NCBI GenBank assembly: GCA_046754065.1
Contig: JBHHVB010000002.1
Location: 33,837 to 97,836 of the forward strand
DNA length: 64,000 nt
Origin: Gammaproteobacteria bacterium
Lineage (GTDB): Bacteria > Pseudomonadota > Gammaproteobacteria > SZUA-140
Direction: 5' to 3'
The notes under the pieces: generated by a model
Told to the model about the DNA's origin: nothing
Database searches by the model: none
What the model saw: the letters and a program-made list of their open reading frames with translations, nothing else
Program-made: the position numbers and the translations under genes
Shown: positions 41,117-54,048 of the stretch, in pieces
Position numbering within the stretch: the stretch's first letter is position 1
Layout of the letters: every line of letters starts with the position of its first letter

Positions 41117-41596
41117 ATGATAAAAGCCAGATTTATTGAAATTACTGTCGGCATTTTTATCGCTGGGGGTATTGGTGCATTATTTATGTTGGCAATGAAG
41201 GTGAGTAATTTAAGTGCTATCTCTGAAAATGATGGGTACACCGTTATCGCCCAATTTGAAAACATCGGTGGTCTGAAAGAACAGTCACCAGTCAGTGCAG
41301 GTGGTGTGAAAATCGGACGAGTTACGTCAATTGATTATAACCAGGATACCTACGTAGCGGTCGTTTCAATGGGTATTGCCGGTAAGTATAAAAAATTACC
41401 CATCGATACGTCTGCAAGTATATTTACCTCTGGCCTGTTGGGAGAGCAGTACATAAGTCTGGAGCCAGGAGGTGAGGAGGAATATCTTGGCGATGGTGAT
41501 TTGATCGAATTAACGCAATCTGCGTTGGTGATGGAGCAGGTCGTCGGTCAGTTTTTGTTTAGCAAAGCGGCAGAAGGGTCTGCAGTTGGCGAATAA
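41117..41596 (+). CDS. mlaD: MCE-domain protein MlaD
   Basis: N-terminal TM plus MCE domain, 159 aa. Confidence 0.85.
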   Translation: MIKARFIEITVGIFIAGGIGALFMLAMKVSNLSAISENDGYTVIAQFENIGGLKEQSPVSAGGVKIGRVTSIDYNQDTYVAVVSMGIAGKYKKLPIDTSASIFTSGLLGEQYISLEPGGEEEYLGDGDLIELTQSALVMEQVVGQFLFSKAAEGSAVGE

Positions 41597-41635
41597 TTTT
41601 CGAGATTCAAACAGAAAAATATCAGGGAATGGCCG

Positions 41636-42277
41636 GTGAAAATGCAGCGAGGGATAATAATATTCTTTTTATGGTTTCTGTTGCTCTTTATGCAGGACGG
41701 TTTTGCATCAAAAACAGCAGAGGATACCGTAAAAAATACATCCCAGAAGGTTATCGATGTATTAAAAAAGGATAGAGAGCGTCTTGAAGCAAATCCTGCT
41801 CTTGTTTATGACCTGGTCGAGGAACATGTGTTGCCGCATTTTGACTTTATCAAAATGTCTCGACTGGCATTGGGAAAATACTGGCGTCAGGCTACGAGGA
41901 AACAGAAACTCCAGTTTATCGAAGAATTTCGCTTGTTACTTGTGCGAACCTACGCAACGGCGATGCTGGATTTTTCCGACGAGGAAATTCATTATCTGCC
42001 GTTCAGAAATGAACCGGATGCAAAGAAAGTTGTGGTAAAGACGGAGGTCGAGCAGGGCTCTGGATCACCTATTCCGATAGACTATAGCATGTATATCAAG
42101 GGTGACGAGTGGAAAGTTTATGATGTCAGAATCGACGACGTGAGTTTGATCGTTAATTATCGTAGCGCTTTTACTTCAGAAATCCGCAAAGAAGGCGGTG
42201 TTGCGGGACTGATCAACAAGTTACACGAAAGAAATCAGAAAGTCATTGAACAAACGAATAACAGCAATACACCTTGA
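41636..42277 (+). CDS. mlaC: phospholipid-binding periplasmic protein MlaC (Ttg2D)
   Basis: Signal peptide plus Tol-tolerance Ttg2 family domain, 213 aa. Confidence 0.85.
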   Translation: MKMQRGIIIFFLWFLLLFMQDGFASKTAEDTVKNTSQKVIDVLKKDRERLEANPALVYDLVEEHVLPHFDFIKMSRLALGKYWRQATRKQKLQFIEEFRLLLVRTYATAMLDFSDEEIHYLPFRNEPDAKKVVVKTEVEQGSGSPIPIDYSMYIKGDEWKVYDVRIDDVSLIVNYRSAFTSEIRKEGGVAGLINKLHERNQKVIEQTNNSNTP

Positions 42278-42551
42278 TAATGGCGTTATCCAGTTATCAG
42301 GAGAACTGAGTTTTAACACTGTTAACGATGTGTTGCCTCAGGGAAAACGCTGGCTCGCTGATAGTGCCGGGGTTGATATTGATCTCAAGGGTATAACTAG
42401 AGCCGATAGTGCCGGGTTGGCGCTATTGGTAGCGTGGATGAGAGATGCTGAGCAAATGAAAAAGAACATAAGGTTTCTCAATATCCCTGATCAGATGCGG
42501 GCTATTGCTACCGTTTGCGGGTTGAACGGGTTGTTGCCAACGGGCCAGTAA
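42246..42551 (+). CDS. mlaB: STAS-domain protein MlaB
   Basis: 101 aa STAS domain with a TTG start overlapping the mlaC end. Completes mlaFEDCB. Confidence 0.72.
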   Translation: MNKRITAIHLDNGVIQLSGELSFNTVNDVLPQGKRWLADSAGVDIDLKGITRADSAGLALLVAWMRDAEQMKKNIRFLNIPDQMRAIATVCGLNGLLPTGQ

Positions 42552-42724
42552 GTAACGATGCGAAACAATGTCAGGCTTATCGGTGCGCAGGTAGTTTATC
42601 CTCGGGTGATTTCGATTTCTGAATTCAACAACTTTTCCCATAAAGGCGTTGATTTTGTTAGACTATCTGGCGCCAGTCTCGCGTCAGGCATATTAAGTAC
42701 AAGGAATCAGGGTTTCGTAATGCA

Positions 42725-42976
42725 ATGCAGTCCGTTGATATAAAAAAAATGATTGAACAAGGTATTACAGGTTGCCAGGCCTCGGTAGACGGCGATGGTA
42801 CCCACTTCGAGGCAATTGTAATAAGTAGTGACTTCGAAGGCAAAACAAAGCTGGAGCAGCATCGGATGGTATATGCTGCATTAGGTGATAATATGAAAGA
42901 TGCCATACATGCTCTATCCATTCGTACCTATACGCCATCCGGTTGGGAAAAAACACGGCAGCATGGGATCAATTAA
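42725..42976 (+). CDS. ibaG: BolA-family protein IbaG (YrbA)
   Basis: 83 aa BolA fold. Conserved position between mlaB and murA. Confidence 0.8.
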   Translation: MQSVDIKKMIEQGITGCQASVDGDGTHFEAIVISSDFEGKTKLEQHRMVYAALGDNMKDAIHALSIRTYTPSGWEKTRQHGIN

Positions 42977-42994
42977 AATCAAGTCCTTGTCTAA

Positions 42995-44281
<1,287 letters not shown>

Positions 44282-44344
44282 ATCAGTACTCACATTTTCG
44301 CTGCAGAGCTAACGAAGAATAATCTAATATGGTATTGATAAAAT

Positions 44345-44992
44345 ATGCAGGATTCAATCACAATCGCGGTATCAAAAGGCCGAATCTTTAAGGAAACATT
44401 GCCGTTACTGGCTCACGCAGGTATTGAACCACGTGATGACCCTGAAAAAAGTCGCAAGCTTATACTCGATACCAACCACGATGAGATTAAACTGGTTGTG
44501 ATTAGAGCAGCCGATGTTCCAACATTTGTCGAATACGGTGCGGCGGATCTCGGCGTTGCCGGAAAAGACGTGCTTGATGAATACGGTGGTAATGGCCTGT
44601 ATGAACCGCTGGATTTACGTATAGCCCGATGTAAAATGATGCTGGCGGGTCCCGCGGCCAGAGTAAGAAAAGGAACCCGGCTGCGGATCGCTACCAAGTA
44701 CGTTCATACGGCCATGCGTTATTTTGCTGCAAAGGGTGAGCAAGTGGAAATAATCAAGCTGTACGGATCCATGGAGTTGGCGCCTATAGTTGGTCTGGCA
44801 GACAGGATTGTTGATCTGGTCGATACAGGTAATACGCTTAAGGCCAATGGGTTAGTACCCCTTGAGCATATTGCCGATATTAGTTCACGATTAATTGTTA
44901 ACAAGGCGTCTATGAAAATGAAACACAACAAGGTTCAGCAGTACATAAATTTGATTGCTGAAGCAGTGGAGAAATTTTCTGGCAATCAGTGA
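44345..44992 (+). CDS. hisG: ATP phosphoribosyltransferase, short (HisZ-dependent) form
   Basis: 215 aa. It lacks the C-terminal regulatory domain of long-form HisG. Confidence 0.88.
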   Translation: MQDSITIAVSKGRIFKETLPLLAHAGIEPRDDPEKSRKLILDTNHDEIKLVVIRAADVPTFVEYGAADLGVAGKDVLDEYGGNGLYEPLDLRIARCKMMLAGPAARVRKGTRLRIATKYVHTAMRYFAAKGEQVEIIKLYGSMELAPIVGLADRIVDLVDTGNTLKANGLVPLEHIADISSRLIVNKASMKMKHNKVQQYINLIAEAVEKFSGNQ

Positions 44993-45029
44993 TGTGTAGC
45001 GTCATATTCAGATTTACAGGTTCGGATAA

Positions 45030-46349
45030 ATGATAAACATCCAAAAGCTAAGATCTTCAGATGCCGGTTTTTGGCCAGCCCTTAAAGGCTTGCTGGCTTG
45101 GGAGTCCGTATCAGACACTGATGTAAATGATACGGTTAAAAATATACTAAGCGATGTTCGAGAGCGTGGTGACCAGGCCGTTGTAGAATACACCAACAGA
45201 TTTGACCGGCTTTCCGCAAGTAATGTTAAAGACCTGGAGTTAAACAAAGAGAAGCTGGAAAAAGCCTGGGCGAGCATTGACGAAGCCATGCGTAATGCCC
45301 TGGAGTTTTCTGTTGGCCGGTTACGCGAATATCATCAGCATCAGAAAATGAAATCCTGGACGTATGAAGAAGCCGATGGGACGATTTTGGGGCAACAAAT
45401 AACCGCTCTTGATCGTGTGGGTTTATATGTTCCTGGCGGGAAGGCAATTTATCCATCCTCTGTATTAATGAATGCGGTGCCAGCCAGGGTAGCTGGTGTT
45501 TCTGAAATCATTATGGTTGTACCCACCCCGGATGGAGAGGTGAGTGATCTCGTTTTGGCAGCAGCCAGGATCTCGGGGGTGGATCGCGTATTTACCGTTG
45601 GGGGGGCTCAAGCGGTAGCGGCGTTGGCCTACGGAACGCAAACCATTCCCCGGGTCGATAAGATTGTTGGGCCAGGTAATATCTATGTCGCGACCGCCAA
45701 GGGAATGGTCTATGGAAATGTTGGAATAGACATGATTGCGGGGCCATCGGAAATACTGGTTATTTGTGACGGACACACACCTGCCGACTGGATTGCGATG
45801 GATTTGTTTTCTCAGGCAGAACATGATGAGGATGCTCAGCCTATACTGGTTTGCCCCGATGAAAACTATATAGACGAAGTTCATCGCAGCATTGAAAAGC
45901 TGCTTCCCCGGATGGAAAGAGCTAATATTATTCGGGCGTCATTGTTATCCCGGGCTGCGTTTGTACTGGTAAGAAATCTAGATGAGGCTGCAGAGGTGGC
46001 TAACTTTGTTGCACCGGAACATCTGGAGCTGTCAGTTGAAGAACCGATGGGATTGGCGAAAAAAATCAGGCATGCGGGCGCGATTTTTATGGGTAGGTAT
46101 ACTGCAGAAGCAGTCGGAGATTATTGTGCTGGACCTAACCATGTACTACCTACATCCCAAACTGCGCGATTCTCGTCCCCATTAGGCGTATATGATTTTC
46201 AAAAACGTTCAAGTCTGATTATGTGTAGTGCTGAAGGAGCGAGTGTCCTGGGCGAGGCTGCTTCCAGACTTGCTCGTGGCGAAGGTTTGACGGCGCATGC
46301 CAGATCAGCCGAATATCGAATTTCAACCGGAAAGGATGTCATCTCTTAA
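45030..46349 (+). CDS. hisD: histidinol dehydrogenase
   Basis: 439 aa; aligns with HisD along its length. Confidence 0.93.
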   Translation: MINIQKLRSSDAGFWPALKGLLAWESVSDTDVNDTVKNILSDVRERGDQAVVEYTNRFDRLSASNVKDLELNKEKLEKAWASIDEAMRNALEFSVGRLREYHQHQKMKSWTYEEADGTILGQQITALDRVGLYVPGGKAIYPSSVLMNAVPARVAGVSEIIMVVPTPDGEVSDLVLAAARISGVDRVFTVGGAQAVAALAYGTQTIPRVDKIVGPGNIYVATAKGMVYGNVGIDMIAGPSEILVICDGHTPADWIAMDLFSQAEHDEDAQPILVCPDENYIDEVHRSIEKLLPRMERANIIRASLLSRAAFVLVRNLDEAAEVANFVAPEHLELSVEEPMGLAKKIRHAGAIFMGRYTAEAVGDYCAGPNHVLPTSQTARFSSPLGVYDFQKRSSLIMCSAEGASVLGEAASRLARGEGLTAHARSAEYRISTGKDVIS

Positions 46350-46381
46350 TTAATATCTTTTCACCCATCACACTTGTTAAG

Positions 46382-47473
46382 ATGAACGATAACGCAATAA
46401 CATCAATGATCGATGATTGGATTCGCCCGGAAATCAGAGATCTGTCCGCTTATCACGTACCAGATTCCTCGGGACTTATTAAGCTGGATGCCATGGAAAA
46501 TCCTTACACCTGGCCAACTCAATTAACTGATAACTGGTTAGCATCACTAAGAGATGCTCCTCTTAATCGTTATCCTGATCCAACTGCGAAGTCATTAAAA
46601 ATTGCACTGCGAGAAACTTTTTCAATTCCTGATGGTGTAGAGCTGATGCTTGGTAATGGCTCTGATGAGTTAATCCAGATGATTGCGATGGCAGTATCCG
46701 CTCCCAGCCGAACATTGTTGGCGACTTATCCGAGTTTTAGTATGTACCGAATTATTGCGACAATGGCTGGTCTGGATTATCGTGAAGTGCCTTTGAATGT
46801 CGATGAACTAGATATTCAGAGGGATTTGATGCTTGCGTCAATTGCTCAACATAAGCCAGCAATAGTCTTTCTGGATTATCCGAACAACCCCTCGGGTAAA
46901 CTATTTGATCAAGAGACGATTTGTGAAATTATCGAGACCGCACCCGGCCTTGTGGTCGTGGATGAGGCTTATTATTCATTTGCGAAAAGAAGTTTTATTC
47001 CACAAATAGCGCGTTACAGTAATTTGCTGGTGCTGAGAACATTGTCAAAAATGGGCCTGGCAGGCCTCAGGTTGGGCTTTTTGCTGGGTCGGCCTGACTG
47101 GATCGAGCAGATTAACAAAATACGCTTACCGTATAATATCAATATCCTTGCACAACTAAGTGCGACATTTGCACTCAAACATTATGATGTGTTTTGTCAA
47201 CAGACTGATAAAATTTGTCAGGATCGTGATAATTTATACCGGGAAATGTCTGTCCTGGGGGGGGTACAGGTTTACCACAGCGACGCTAATTTTCTGTTAT
47301 TTCGCGTTACCTCGCGCAGTGGAAATGAGGTTTTTGAGGCGATAAGACAACAAGGCGTACTAATCAAGAATTTACACAGCGATAACAGTGTTTTAAGCGA
47401 TTGTCTGCGGGTTACAGTGGGTCGTGCTGATGAAAACGCCAGCTTTCTGGCAGCATTGAAATCTGCCTTGTAG
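46382..47473 (+). CDS. hisC: histidinol-phosphate aminotransferase
   Basis: 363 aa class-II aminotransferase. PLP lysine in ...TLSKMGLAG.... Confidence 0.9.
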   Translation: MNDNAITSMIDDWIRPEIRDLSAYHVPDSSGLIKLDAMENPYTWPTQLTDNWLASLRDAPLNRYPDPTAKSLKIALRETFSIPDGVELMLGNGSDELIQMIAMAVSAPSRTLLATYPSFSMYRIIATMAGLDYREVPLNVDELDIQRDLMLASIAQHKPAIVFLDYPNNPSGKLFDQETICEIIETAPGLVVVDEAYYSFAKRSFIPQIARYSNLLVLRTLSKMGLAGLRLGFLLGRPDWIEQINKIRLPYNINILAQLSATFALKHYDVFCQQTDKICQDRDNLYREMSVLGGVQVYHSDANFLLFRVTSRSGNEVFEAIRQQGVLIKNLHSDNSVLSDCLRVTVGRADENASFLAALKSAL

Positions 47474-47516
47474 CGATGACGATGCAAAACATCCAAGCAG
47501 CGAACAGGAGTATAAA

Positions 47517-48110
47517 ATGGCTGAGCGTAGTGCCACAGTAAATCGGGGAACTAACGAGACCCAGATCACCGTTTCGGTCAATCTGGATGGTAGCGGAAAA
47601 TCAGTATTTGAAACGGGAGTGCCTTTTCTCGATCATATGCTGGATCAAGTCGCTCGGCATGGCTTGATTGATCTGGAGGTTAATGCAAAGGGTGATTTAC
47701 ATATCGATGCGCATCATACGGTTGAAGATATTGGTATCACAATGGGGCAGGCTATAAACCGGGCAATAGGCGATAAAAAGGGCATTAGACGCTATGGGCA
47801 TGCGTACGTGCCGCTGGATGAGTCTTTATCAAGAGTGGTAATTGATTTGTCCGGGCGTCCCGGGCTCGAATATCATGTCACCTATCCTCGGGCGCGGGTC
47901 GGGGATTTTGATCTCGACCTCATAGCAGAGTTTTTTAATGGATTTATCAACCACGCGATGGTTACATTACATGTCGAGAATATTCGTGGCAAGAACGCAC
48001 ATCATATTGCCGAGACCGTGTTTAAAGCGTTTGGACGGGCATTGAGGATTGCGGTTGAGCAGGATCCACGTATGCAAGGTGTTTTGCCATCCACCAAGGA
48101 ACATCTTTAA
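47517..48110 (+). CDS. hisB: imidazoleglycerol-phosphate dehydratase (monofunctional)
   Basis: 197 aa IGPD fold. Confidence 0.93.
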   Translation: MAERSATVNRGTNETQITVSVNLDGSGKSVFETGVPFLDHMLDQVARHGLIDLEVNAKGDLHIDAHHTVEDIGITMGQAINRAIGDKKGIRRYGHAYVPLDESLSRVVIDLSGRPGLEYHVTYPRARVGDFDLDLIAEFFNGFINHAMVTLHVENIRGKNAHHIAETVFKAFGRALRIAVEQDPRMQGVLPSTKEHL

Positions 48111-48141
48111 GTAGAAATTTAGCCAAGAGTATTATTACAAA

Positions 48142-48789
48142 ATGTCGACAGTAGCAGTCATTGACTATGGCATGGGCAATATCCGTTCGGTATCAAAGGC
48201 ACTGGAATATGTAGGTGGTGACACATCCGTTATCATTACTTATGACCCTGATCAAATTCTGAAAGCTGATCGAGTCGTATTTCCCGGTGTGGGCGCCTTG
48301 GGTGACTGCATGGAAGAGATAAAACGGCTGGGTCTGGATGAGGTGATAAAAGAATGCACCCGAACGAAACCTTTTTTTGGTATCTGTTTAGGGATGCAGG
48401 CATTGCTAGATAATAGTGAAGAAAATGACGGGACATCAGGTTTGGGAATTATCCCGGGTAAAGTCAAGCATTTTGATGTTCGGTTAGGTCGTAAAGAACT
48501 AAAAGAAAAGCTAAAGATCCCACATATGGGTTGGAACCGTGTTGATCAGACTTCGCCGCATGCACTATGGGAGGGGGTTCCGGATCTGAGCCGGTTTTAT
48601 TTTGTGCACAGTTATTATGTCGAGCCACGTCATTCACAAGTTGTCTCCGGTACTACAAAATATGGTTTTGCATTCACTTCCGCAATCGCGAGTGAAAATA
48701 TATTTGCTACGCAGTTTCATCCAGAAAAAAGTCAGCATGCGGGTTTGACGCTGTTTGCGAATTTTCTACGTTGGGATGGAACAGGTTGA
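48142..48789 (+). CDS. hisH: imidazole glycerol phosphate synthase glutaminase subunit HisH
   Basis: Class-I GATase with catalytic Cys in GICLGMQ. 215 aa. Confidence 0.9.
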   Translation: MSTVAVIDYGMGNIRSVSKALEYVGGDTSVIITYDPDQILKADRVVFPGVGALGDCMEEIKRLGLDEVIKECTRTKPFFGICLGMQALLDNSEENDGTSGLGIIPGKVKHFDVRLGRKELKEKLKIPHMGWNRVDQTSPHALWEGVPDLSRFYFVHSYYVEPRHSQVVSGTTKYGFAFTSAIASENIFATQFHPEKSQHAGLTLFANFLRWDGTG

Positions 48790-48850
48790 AGATAATTTAA
48801 AACCAAATAAATCGTTATGATAATCAGATTGAAAATGTGAGGTTTGTGAC

Positions 48851-49573
48851 ATGCTTTTAATTCCCGCTATAGATTTAAAGGACGGTAAATGTGTAAGGCT
48901 ACGACAGGGGAAAATGGATGATGAAACAATTTTTTCGGATGATCCATTGTCAGTGGCTCAACGCTGGGTTGATGTTGGGGCAAAGCGACTGCATTTGGTT
49001 GATTTGAATGGAGCATTTCAGGGCAAGCCGATCAATATTGAAGTAATCAATCGAATTGCATCAGCGTTTCCGGATTTAACTATTCAGGTAGGTGGTGGTA
49101 TTCGTGACGAAGATACCATCCAGTCCTATCTTGAGGCTGGTGTGGCGTATACCATCATCGGAACCAGCGCAGTCAATGAGCCGCATTTTGTTGGTGATGC
49201 CTGTCTTGAGTTTCCGGGTCATATCATTGTTGGGCTAGATGCGAAGGGTGGTAAGGTGGCCATCGACGGATGGTCCAAATTATCCAATCATGATGTAATA
49301 GATATTGCCCAGCATTTTGAGAAGGACGGCGTAGAGGCGATTATTTTTACGGATATAAGCCGTGACGGCATGATGCAAGGTGTGAATGTGGATTCTACGT
49401 TGGAGTTGGCAAAGTCAATTACGATTCCGGTGATCGCGTCGGGTGGAATTTCAAGCAAGGATGACATTAAAGCGCTTTCTGACGTGTCGGATGAAGGTAT
49501 CATGGGCGCGATAATTGGTCGAGCGTTGTATGAGGGCACGCTTGATTTTGAAGAGTGTCAGAAACTCGTTTAA
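48851..49573 (+). CDS. hisA: ProFAR isomerase HisA
   Basis: [17 protein letters not shown] start, (beta/alpha)8 fold, 240 aa. Confidence 0.9.
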   Translation: MLLIPAIDLKDGKCVRLRQGKMDDETIFSDDPLSVAQRWVDVGAKRLHLVDLNGAFQGKPINIEVINRIASAFPDLTIQVGGGIRDEDTIQSYLEAGVAYTIIGTSAVNEPHFVGDACLEFPGHIIVGLDAKGGKVAIDGWSKLSNHDVIDIAQHFEKDGVEAIIFTDISRDGMMQGVNVDSTLELAKSITIPVIASGGISSKDDIKALSDVSDEGIMGAIIGRALYEGTLDFEECQKLV

Positions 49574-50349
49574 TGTCCGGACTAGCAAAAAGAATTATTC
49601 CCTGTCTGGACGTGGACAATGGCCGCGTTGTCAAGGGTGTCCGTTTCGTGGAAATAACCGATGCGGGAGATCCCGTTGAGATTGCGAAATGCTATGATGA
49701 GCAAGGTGCTGACGAGCTGGTTTTTCTGGATATTACCGCTAGCCATGAAGAACGCGAAACCATGGTGCATGTTGTTGAGGAAGTAGCAAGCCAGGTTTTT
49801 ATCCCCTTAACTGTCGGTGGTGGAATTCGAGAAACCGCGGATATCAGGGTCATGTTAAATGCGGGTGCCGATAAGGTGGCGATCAATACCGCGGCGGTTA
49901 ACAACCCTGAATTAGTAAAAAAGGCCGCCCGGCGATTTGGCTCCCAGTGTATAGTTGTCGCGATAGACGCGAAGTGTGTGAGTAGTGACGACGAGAGCAG
50001 GCGCTGGGAAATTTTTACTCATGGGGGGCGAAATCGAACCGGTATTGACGCTGTCGAATGGGCGGAAAAAATGGCAAGCTACGGCGCTGGTGAGATATTG
50101 TTAACCAGCATGGACAAAGATGGCACCAAAGACGGTTATGATATTCCGCTGACCAGTGCGGTTTGCGACGCAGTATCGATACCAGTCATTGCCTCAGGCG
50201 GCGTTGGAACGCTGGATCATCTTGTCGAAGGCATTAATGCAGGTTATGCCGATGCGGTATTAGCCGCTAGTATATTCCATTTTGGAGAATATACGGTAGA
50301 GCAGGCCAAGCAACATATGGTAAATCATGGCATAGAGGTTAGACTATAG
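49573..50349 (+). CDS. hisF: imidazole glycerol phosphate synthase cyclase subunit HisF
   Basis: [11 protein letters not shown] motif. Start set at the ATG overlapping the hisA stop (TAATG). Confidence 0.9.
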   Translation: MSGLAKRIIPCLDVDNGRVVKGVRFVEITDAGDPVEIAKCYDEQGADELVFLDITASHEERETMVHVVEEVASQVFIPLTVGGGIRETADIRVMLNAGADKVAINTAAVNNPELVKKAARRFGSQCIVVAIDAKCVSSDDESRRWEIFTHGGRNRTGIDAVEWAEKMASYGAGEILLTSMDKDGTKDGYDIPLTSAVCDAVSIPVIASGGVGTLDHLVEGINAGYADAVLAASIFHFGEYTVEQAKQHMVNHGIEVRL

Positions 50350-50364
50350 ACGAGCGCAGGAAAT

Positions 50365-50781
50365 ATGGATGATCAGTGGCTTAATGAAGTTTGCTGGGAT
50401 GAGAACGGACTTGTGCCAGTTATCACACAAGACTACGAAACGGGCAAGGTGTTAATGCTGGCCTGGATGAACCGTGAGTCGTTGTTGGTAACCGGGTCCA
50501 CGAGGCGTGCCGTGTACTGGTCTCGTTCCCGTGCCCGATTATGGAAAAAGGGTGAAGCGTCCGGGCACGAGCAACTCGTCCATGAAATACGACTGGATTG
50601 TGATAATGATGCAGTATTGCTGGTAGTTGAACAGAAAGGCGGTATTGCTTGCCATACCGGCAGGTATAGTTGTTTTTACAAGCAGGAAAAAAATGGTTCC
50701 TGGAAATCTGTCGATCCGGTACTTAAGCAACCGAACGAGATTTACCAAAAAAAGATAAATGAAAAGAGCATGACATCGTGA
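50365..50781 (+). CDS. hisI: phosphoribosyl-AMP cyclohydrolase
   Basis: 138 aa HisI fold. Confidence 0.88.
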   Translation: MDDQWLNEVCWDENGLVPVITQDYETGKVLMLAWMNRESLLVTGSTRRAVYWSRSRARLWKKGEASGHEQLVHEIRLDCDNDAVLLVVEQKGGIACHTGRYSCFYKQEKNGSWKSVDPVLKQPNEIYQKKINEKSMTS

Positions 50782-51110
50782 CGACCGATAGCGATCAAAT
50801 ATTACATCACCTGGCAAAAATTCTCGAAGAAAGAAAAAATGCCGATCCATCAAGTTCTTATACTGCGAGTCTGTATGATCGAGGGCTGGATGATATTCTT
50901 CAGAAGGTAGGGGAAGAGGCAACTGAAATGATTATTGCAGCCAAAAACGGCGCAAAATCGGAGCTTGTTTACGAAACTGCCGATCTCTGGTTTCATTCCC
51001 TGGTGGCGCTTGCCTATATGGAGCTGGGTCCTGGAGATATCCTGGCGGAATTGAATAAAAGATTTGGCGTCTCAGGTCTCATAGAAAAGGCAGCGCGTCG
51101 CAATAAATAA
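50778..51110 (+). CDS. hisE: phosphoribosyl-ATP pyrophosphatase
   Basis: 110 aa, MazG-like fold. GTG start overlapping the hisI stop. Confidence 0.85.
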   Translation: MTTDSDQILHHLAKILEERKNADPSSSYTASLYDRGLDDILQKVGEEATEMIIAAKNGAKSELVYETADLWFHSLVALAYMELGPGDILAELNKRFGVSGLIEKAARRNK

Positions 51111-51234
51111 CAGATAGTTATTGCTGTATCATCAAGATGCCAGTGAAAAATGCACGCTAACTGTAAGTCTGGTATACTGGAGCGTTCCTTTGTAAAAGTT
51201 TATTGATGAGCGTAAAGGCTCAGGAGGTTAGGAA

Positions 51235-51471
51235 ATGGGTTTTAGTCCCTGGCAATTATTAATCGTTTTGTTAATCATATTATTGTTATTTGGTACAAAA
51301 AAACTGCGTAATGTGGGTTCGGACCTTGGTGGTGCCGTAAAAGGCTTTAGAAACGCGATGGGTGACGAAGACAAAACAAACGGTCAAAAAGATGTTGAAC
51401 AGGCAGAAGCGGAAAACCGGGTTATTGAGGGGGAGGTCTCTGCAGAGGAAAAAGACAAGGAAAAAGTATAG
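51235..51471 (+). CDS. tatA: twin-arginine translocase subunit TatA
   Basis: [24 protein letters not shown] start. RBS aggagg. Confidence 0.9.
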   Translation: MGFSPWQLLIVLLIILLLFGTKKLRNVGSDLGGAVKGFRNAMGDEDKTNGQKDVEQAEAENRVIEGEVSAEEKDKEKV

Positions 51472-51563
51472 GTTGTTATTAGCCGGCTGAGATTATGTCG
51501 CTAGTTATCGCAACGGTTAGATTCAACTCAAGAAAATTTCTTCAATAATCTAGTCTATCCATT

Positions 51564-51911
51564 ATGTTTGATATCGGTTTCTGGGAGATTACGGTCATTG
51601 CGGTAGTGGCGTTGATCGTAGTCGGGCCGGATGAGTTTCCCTATCTTGTCAGAAAGATAGGCGGCTGGATAGGCAATGCACGTCAAATCGTCAATAACGT
51701 GAAAGCCGATCTGGATCGGGAGGTCAACCGGGCAGACGAATTGAAGAGTCGGATAGAAGAAGAAACCAGAATTGCTGAATTACATCAGCAGGTGGAGAGC
51801 CAGGGCCGAAAAATAACGGCATCGGTGAATAAGTCCGTAACCGATGACTCTTTTCCAGAAGAACGTATCAAGGCTGATTCCCGTGTCGAGTCGACAGAGA
51901 GGGTTGAGTAG
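51564..51911 (+). CDS. tatB: twin-arginine translocase subunit TatB
   Basis: MFDIGFWEITVIAVVALIVVGPDEFP start. Confidence 0.85.
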   Translation: MFDIGFWEITVIAVVALIVVGPDEFPYLVRKIGGWIGNARQIVNNVKADLDREVNRADELKSRIEEETRIAELHQQVESQGRKITASVNKSVTDDSFPEERIKADSRVESTERVE

Positions 51912-51913
51912 CA

Positions 51914-52684
51914 TTGGCCAAGCCTGAAAAATATCCGCCAGATCAGAAACAACCCTTGATTTCGCACCTGATTGAGCTACGAAACCGGCTAATCAGGATT
52001 GTGATCGCAGTGGGAGTATTTTTCCTGGTGCTTTTTCCATTCGCTAACGAACTGTATAGCACCATATCCCAACCTCTATTGCAGCATTTGCCGGCCGGGA
52101 GTTCTATGATTGCAACGGAGGTAGCCTCCCCGTTTATCGCACCGTTCAAATTTACCATAGTGCTGGCCTTTTTTATTGCAATACCTTTCGTCCTGTATCA
52201 GGTTTGGTATTTCGTGGCGCCGGGCCTGTATAGCGCGGAGAAAAAACTTCTGTTGCCCCTTTTGTTTTCAAGTACTGCGTTATTCTATCTGGGTATGGTG
52301 TTCGCATATTATGTGGTATTCCCGTTGATATTCGGTTTTTTTGTCGCTGTCGCCCCTGAAGGGGTTACTGTTATGACCGACATCAGTCGATATCTGGATT
52401 TTGTGCTAAAGTTGTTCTTTGCTTTTGGTATTGCTTTTGAGGTACCCATCGCAACCATTTTACTGGTATGGATGGGTTTAACGACACCTGAAAAACTGGT
52501 TGCCAAGCGGGCTTACGTTATCGTTGCAGCCTTTGTGATTGGAATGGTTTTAACGCCGCCTGACGTTATCTCGCAAACCTTGTTGGCATTACCCATGTGG
52601 TTTCTGTTTGAGGTGGGTGTCTTTTTCTCAAAAATGATCCAGAAACATGGTCCTGATTCAGAAAGGCAGGACGAGGTTTCATGA
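51914..52684 (+). CDS. tatC: twin-arginine translocase subunit TatC
   Basis: 256 aa with 6 TM segments. HLIELRNRL N-terminal motif. TTG start. Confidence 0.88.
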   Translation: MAKPEKYPPDQKQPLISHLIELRNRLIRIVIAVGVFFLVLFPFANELYSTISQPLLQHLPAGSSMIATEVASPFIAPFKFTIVLAFFIAIPFVLYQVWYFVAPGLYSAEKKLLLPLLFSSTALFYLGMVFAYYVVFPLIFGFFVAVAPEGVTVMTDISRYLDFVLKLFFAFGIAFEVPIATILLVWMGLTTPEKLVAKRAYVIVAAFVIGMVLTPPDVISQTLLALPMWFLFEVGVFFSKMIQKHGPDSERQDEVS

Positions 52685-52707
52685 TTGTGTCTGTAAGTTA
52701 GCAGCGT

Positions 52708-53868
52708 CTATCGGTTAGGCCGGGGGCGGGTGCTGACAATGGCATGTAATGAAAATTGTCCGCCACTACGAAGCCCGTGTAGTTTAATGCGGGTACCCGG
52801 TTTCGTTTGAGTGATTAATGTAAGCGCCTCATTAGCGCTTGTTATCTCCTGGTCGTTGATACGCGTAATAATATCACCAGCCTTTAGTCCAGCTTCGTCA
52901 GCCGGACCCTTGCTTACAATTCCGGCGATGATAATGCCCGTCATGTTTCTGATATTAAATGACTCCGCGAGCTCTTTGGACAGTGTTTGAATCTCGACAC
53001 CCAGCCACCCACGAACAGCATGACCATGTTCAATAATTTCTTTCATTATGTTTTTAGTCAGGTTAACCGGGATTGCGAAGCCGATCCCCTGAGAGCCGCC
53101 AGATCGCGAAAAGATGGCCGTATTAATGCCAATCAATTCGCCGTTGGGGTTGATGAGTGCGCCACCAGAATTGCCTGGATTGATTGCAGCGTCTGTCTGA
53201 ATAAAATTTTCAAACGTGGATATACCTAACTGATTTCGGCCGGTAGCGCTTACAATGCCCTGCGTTACCGTTTGTCCCACGCCAAAGGGATTTCCAATGG
53301 CTAAAACGACATCTCCAACGCGAAGCGTATCCGAATGCCCAAAAACAATGGATGGTAAATTTTCAAGGGTAATTTTCAATACTGCAAGGTCACTTTCAGG
53401 ATCCGTTCCCACGACGATAGCAGAAACGTTTCTCCCATCATGAAGACCAACCAGAATTTCATCTGCGCCATCAATAACGTGATTGTTGGTCAGGATATAT
53501 CCCTGGTCGTTTGCAATCACGCCTGAACCAAGACTGTTTTGCTGTTTTTGTGACGGGGGTGTTATCGAGTCACCAAAAAAGCGTTGTATCACTGGGTCAT
53601 CGAAGAAGGGATGTCTGCTTCTGGTAACAACTTTGGTCGTATAGATATTAACAACGGCTGGTGCAGCATTTTCAACGCCATTTGCGTAGGATACCGCTTC
53701 TTTGCCAGAGGAGATGCTTGAAACCTCCGCTTTATCGACTTTTTTGAATTCAACAACATTGCTGCCGGAAAAAAAATCTGATTTCGAGAACAAAATGAAA
53801 ATAAAGCCGCCAACGAGGCCTACAACCAAACCTTGCGCCAAATAAACAATAAAATTACGAATCTTCAT
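52708..53868 (-). CDS. membrane-anchored HtrA-family serine endoprotease, DegS/AlgW-like (single PDZ)
   Basis: N-terminal TM anchor, trypsin-like domain with GNSGGAL, and one PDZ domain. 386 aa. Confidence 0.85.
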   Translation of the reverse strand: MKIRNFIVYLAQGLVVGLVGGFIFILFSKSDFFSGSNVVEFKKVDKAEVSSISSGKEAVSYANGVENAAPAVVNIYTTKVVTRSRHPFFDDPVIQRFFGDSITPPSQKQQNSLGSGVIANDQGYILTNNHVIDGADEILVGLHDGRNVSAIVVGTDPESDLAVLKITLENLPSIVFGHSDTLRVGDVVLAIGNPFGVGQTVTQGIVSATGRNQLGISTFENFIQTDAAINPGNSGGALINPNGELIGINTAIFSRSGGSQGIGFAIPVNLTKNIMKEIIEHGHAVRGWLGVEIQTLSKELAESFNIRNMTGIIIAGIVSKGPADEAGLKAGDIITRINDQEITSANEALTLITQTKPGTRIKLHGLRSGGQFSLHAIVSTRPRPNR

Positions 53869-54048
53869 ATTTCGCGTACTCTAGCATACCTGTGATACAA
53901 GTATGAAATAACCGTTTCAACTGACAATAGATCAACACTGGAGGGGCAGGAAGGGTGATTCAATCGTGTTTAAAGCGAGTCCAGGTTGCGATACTAATTA
54001 TCGGTGCAATAAACTATTCCATGACTGATTGCTAAAAGGACGAGTGGT

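Noticed and set aside
42558-42743. 61-aa ORF in the mlaB-ibaG intergenic region
   Set aside because: It has no RBS, and it overlaps the probable ibaG promoter region and the ibaG start. It is likely non-coding.
44282-44344. Histidine operon leader peptide or attenuator upstream of hisG
   Set aside because: There are only 63 bp, with no run of His codons and no alternative hairpins. Regulation is presumably not by attenuation, as in pseudomonads.
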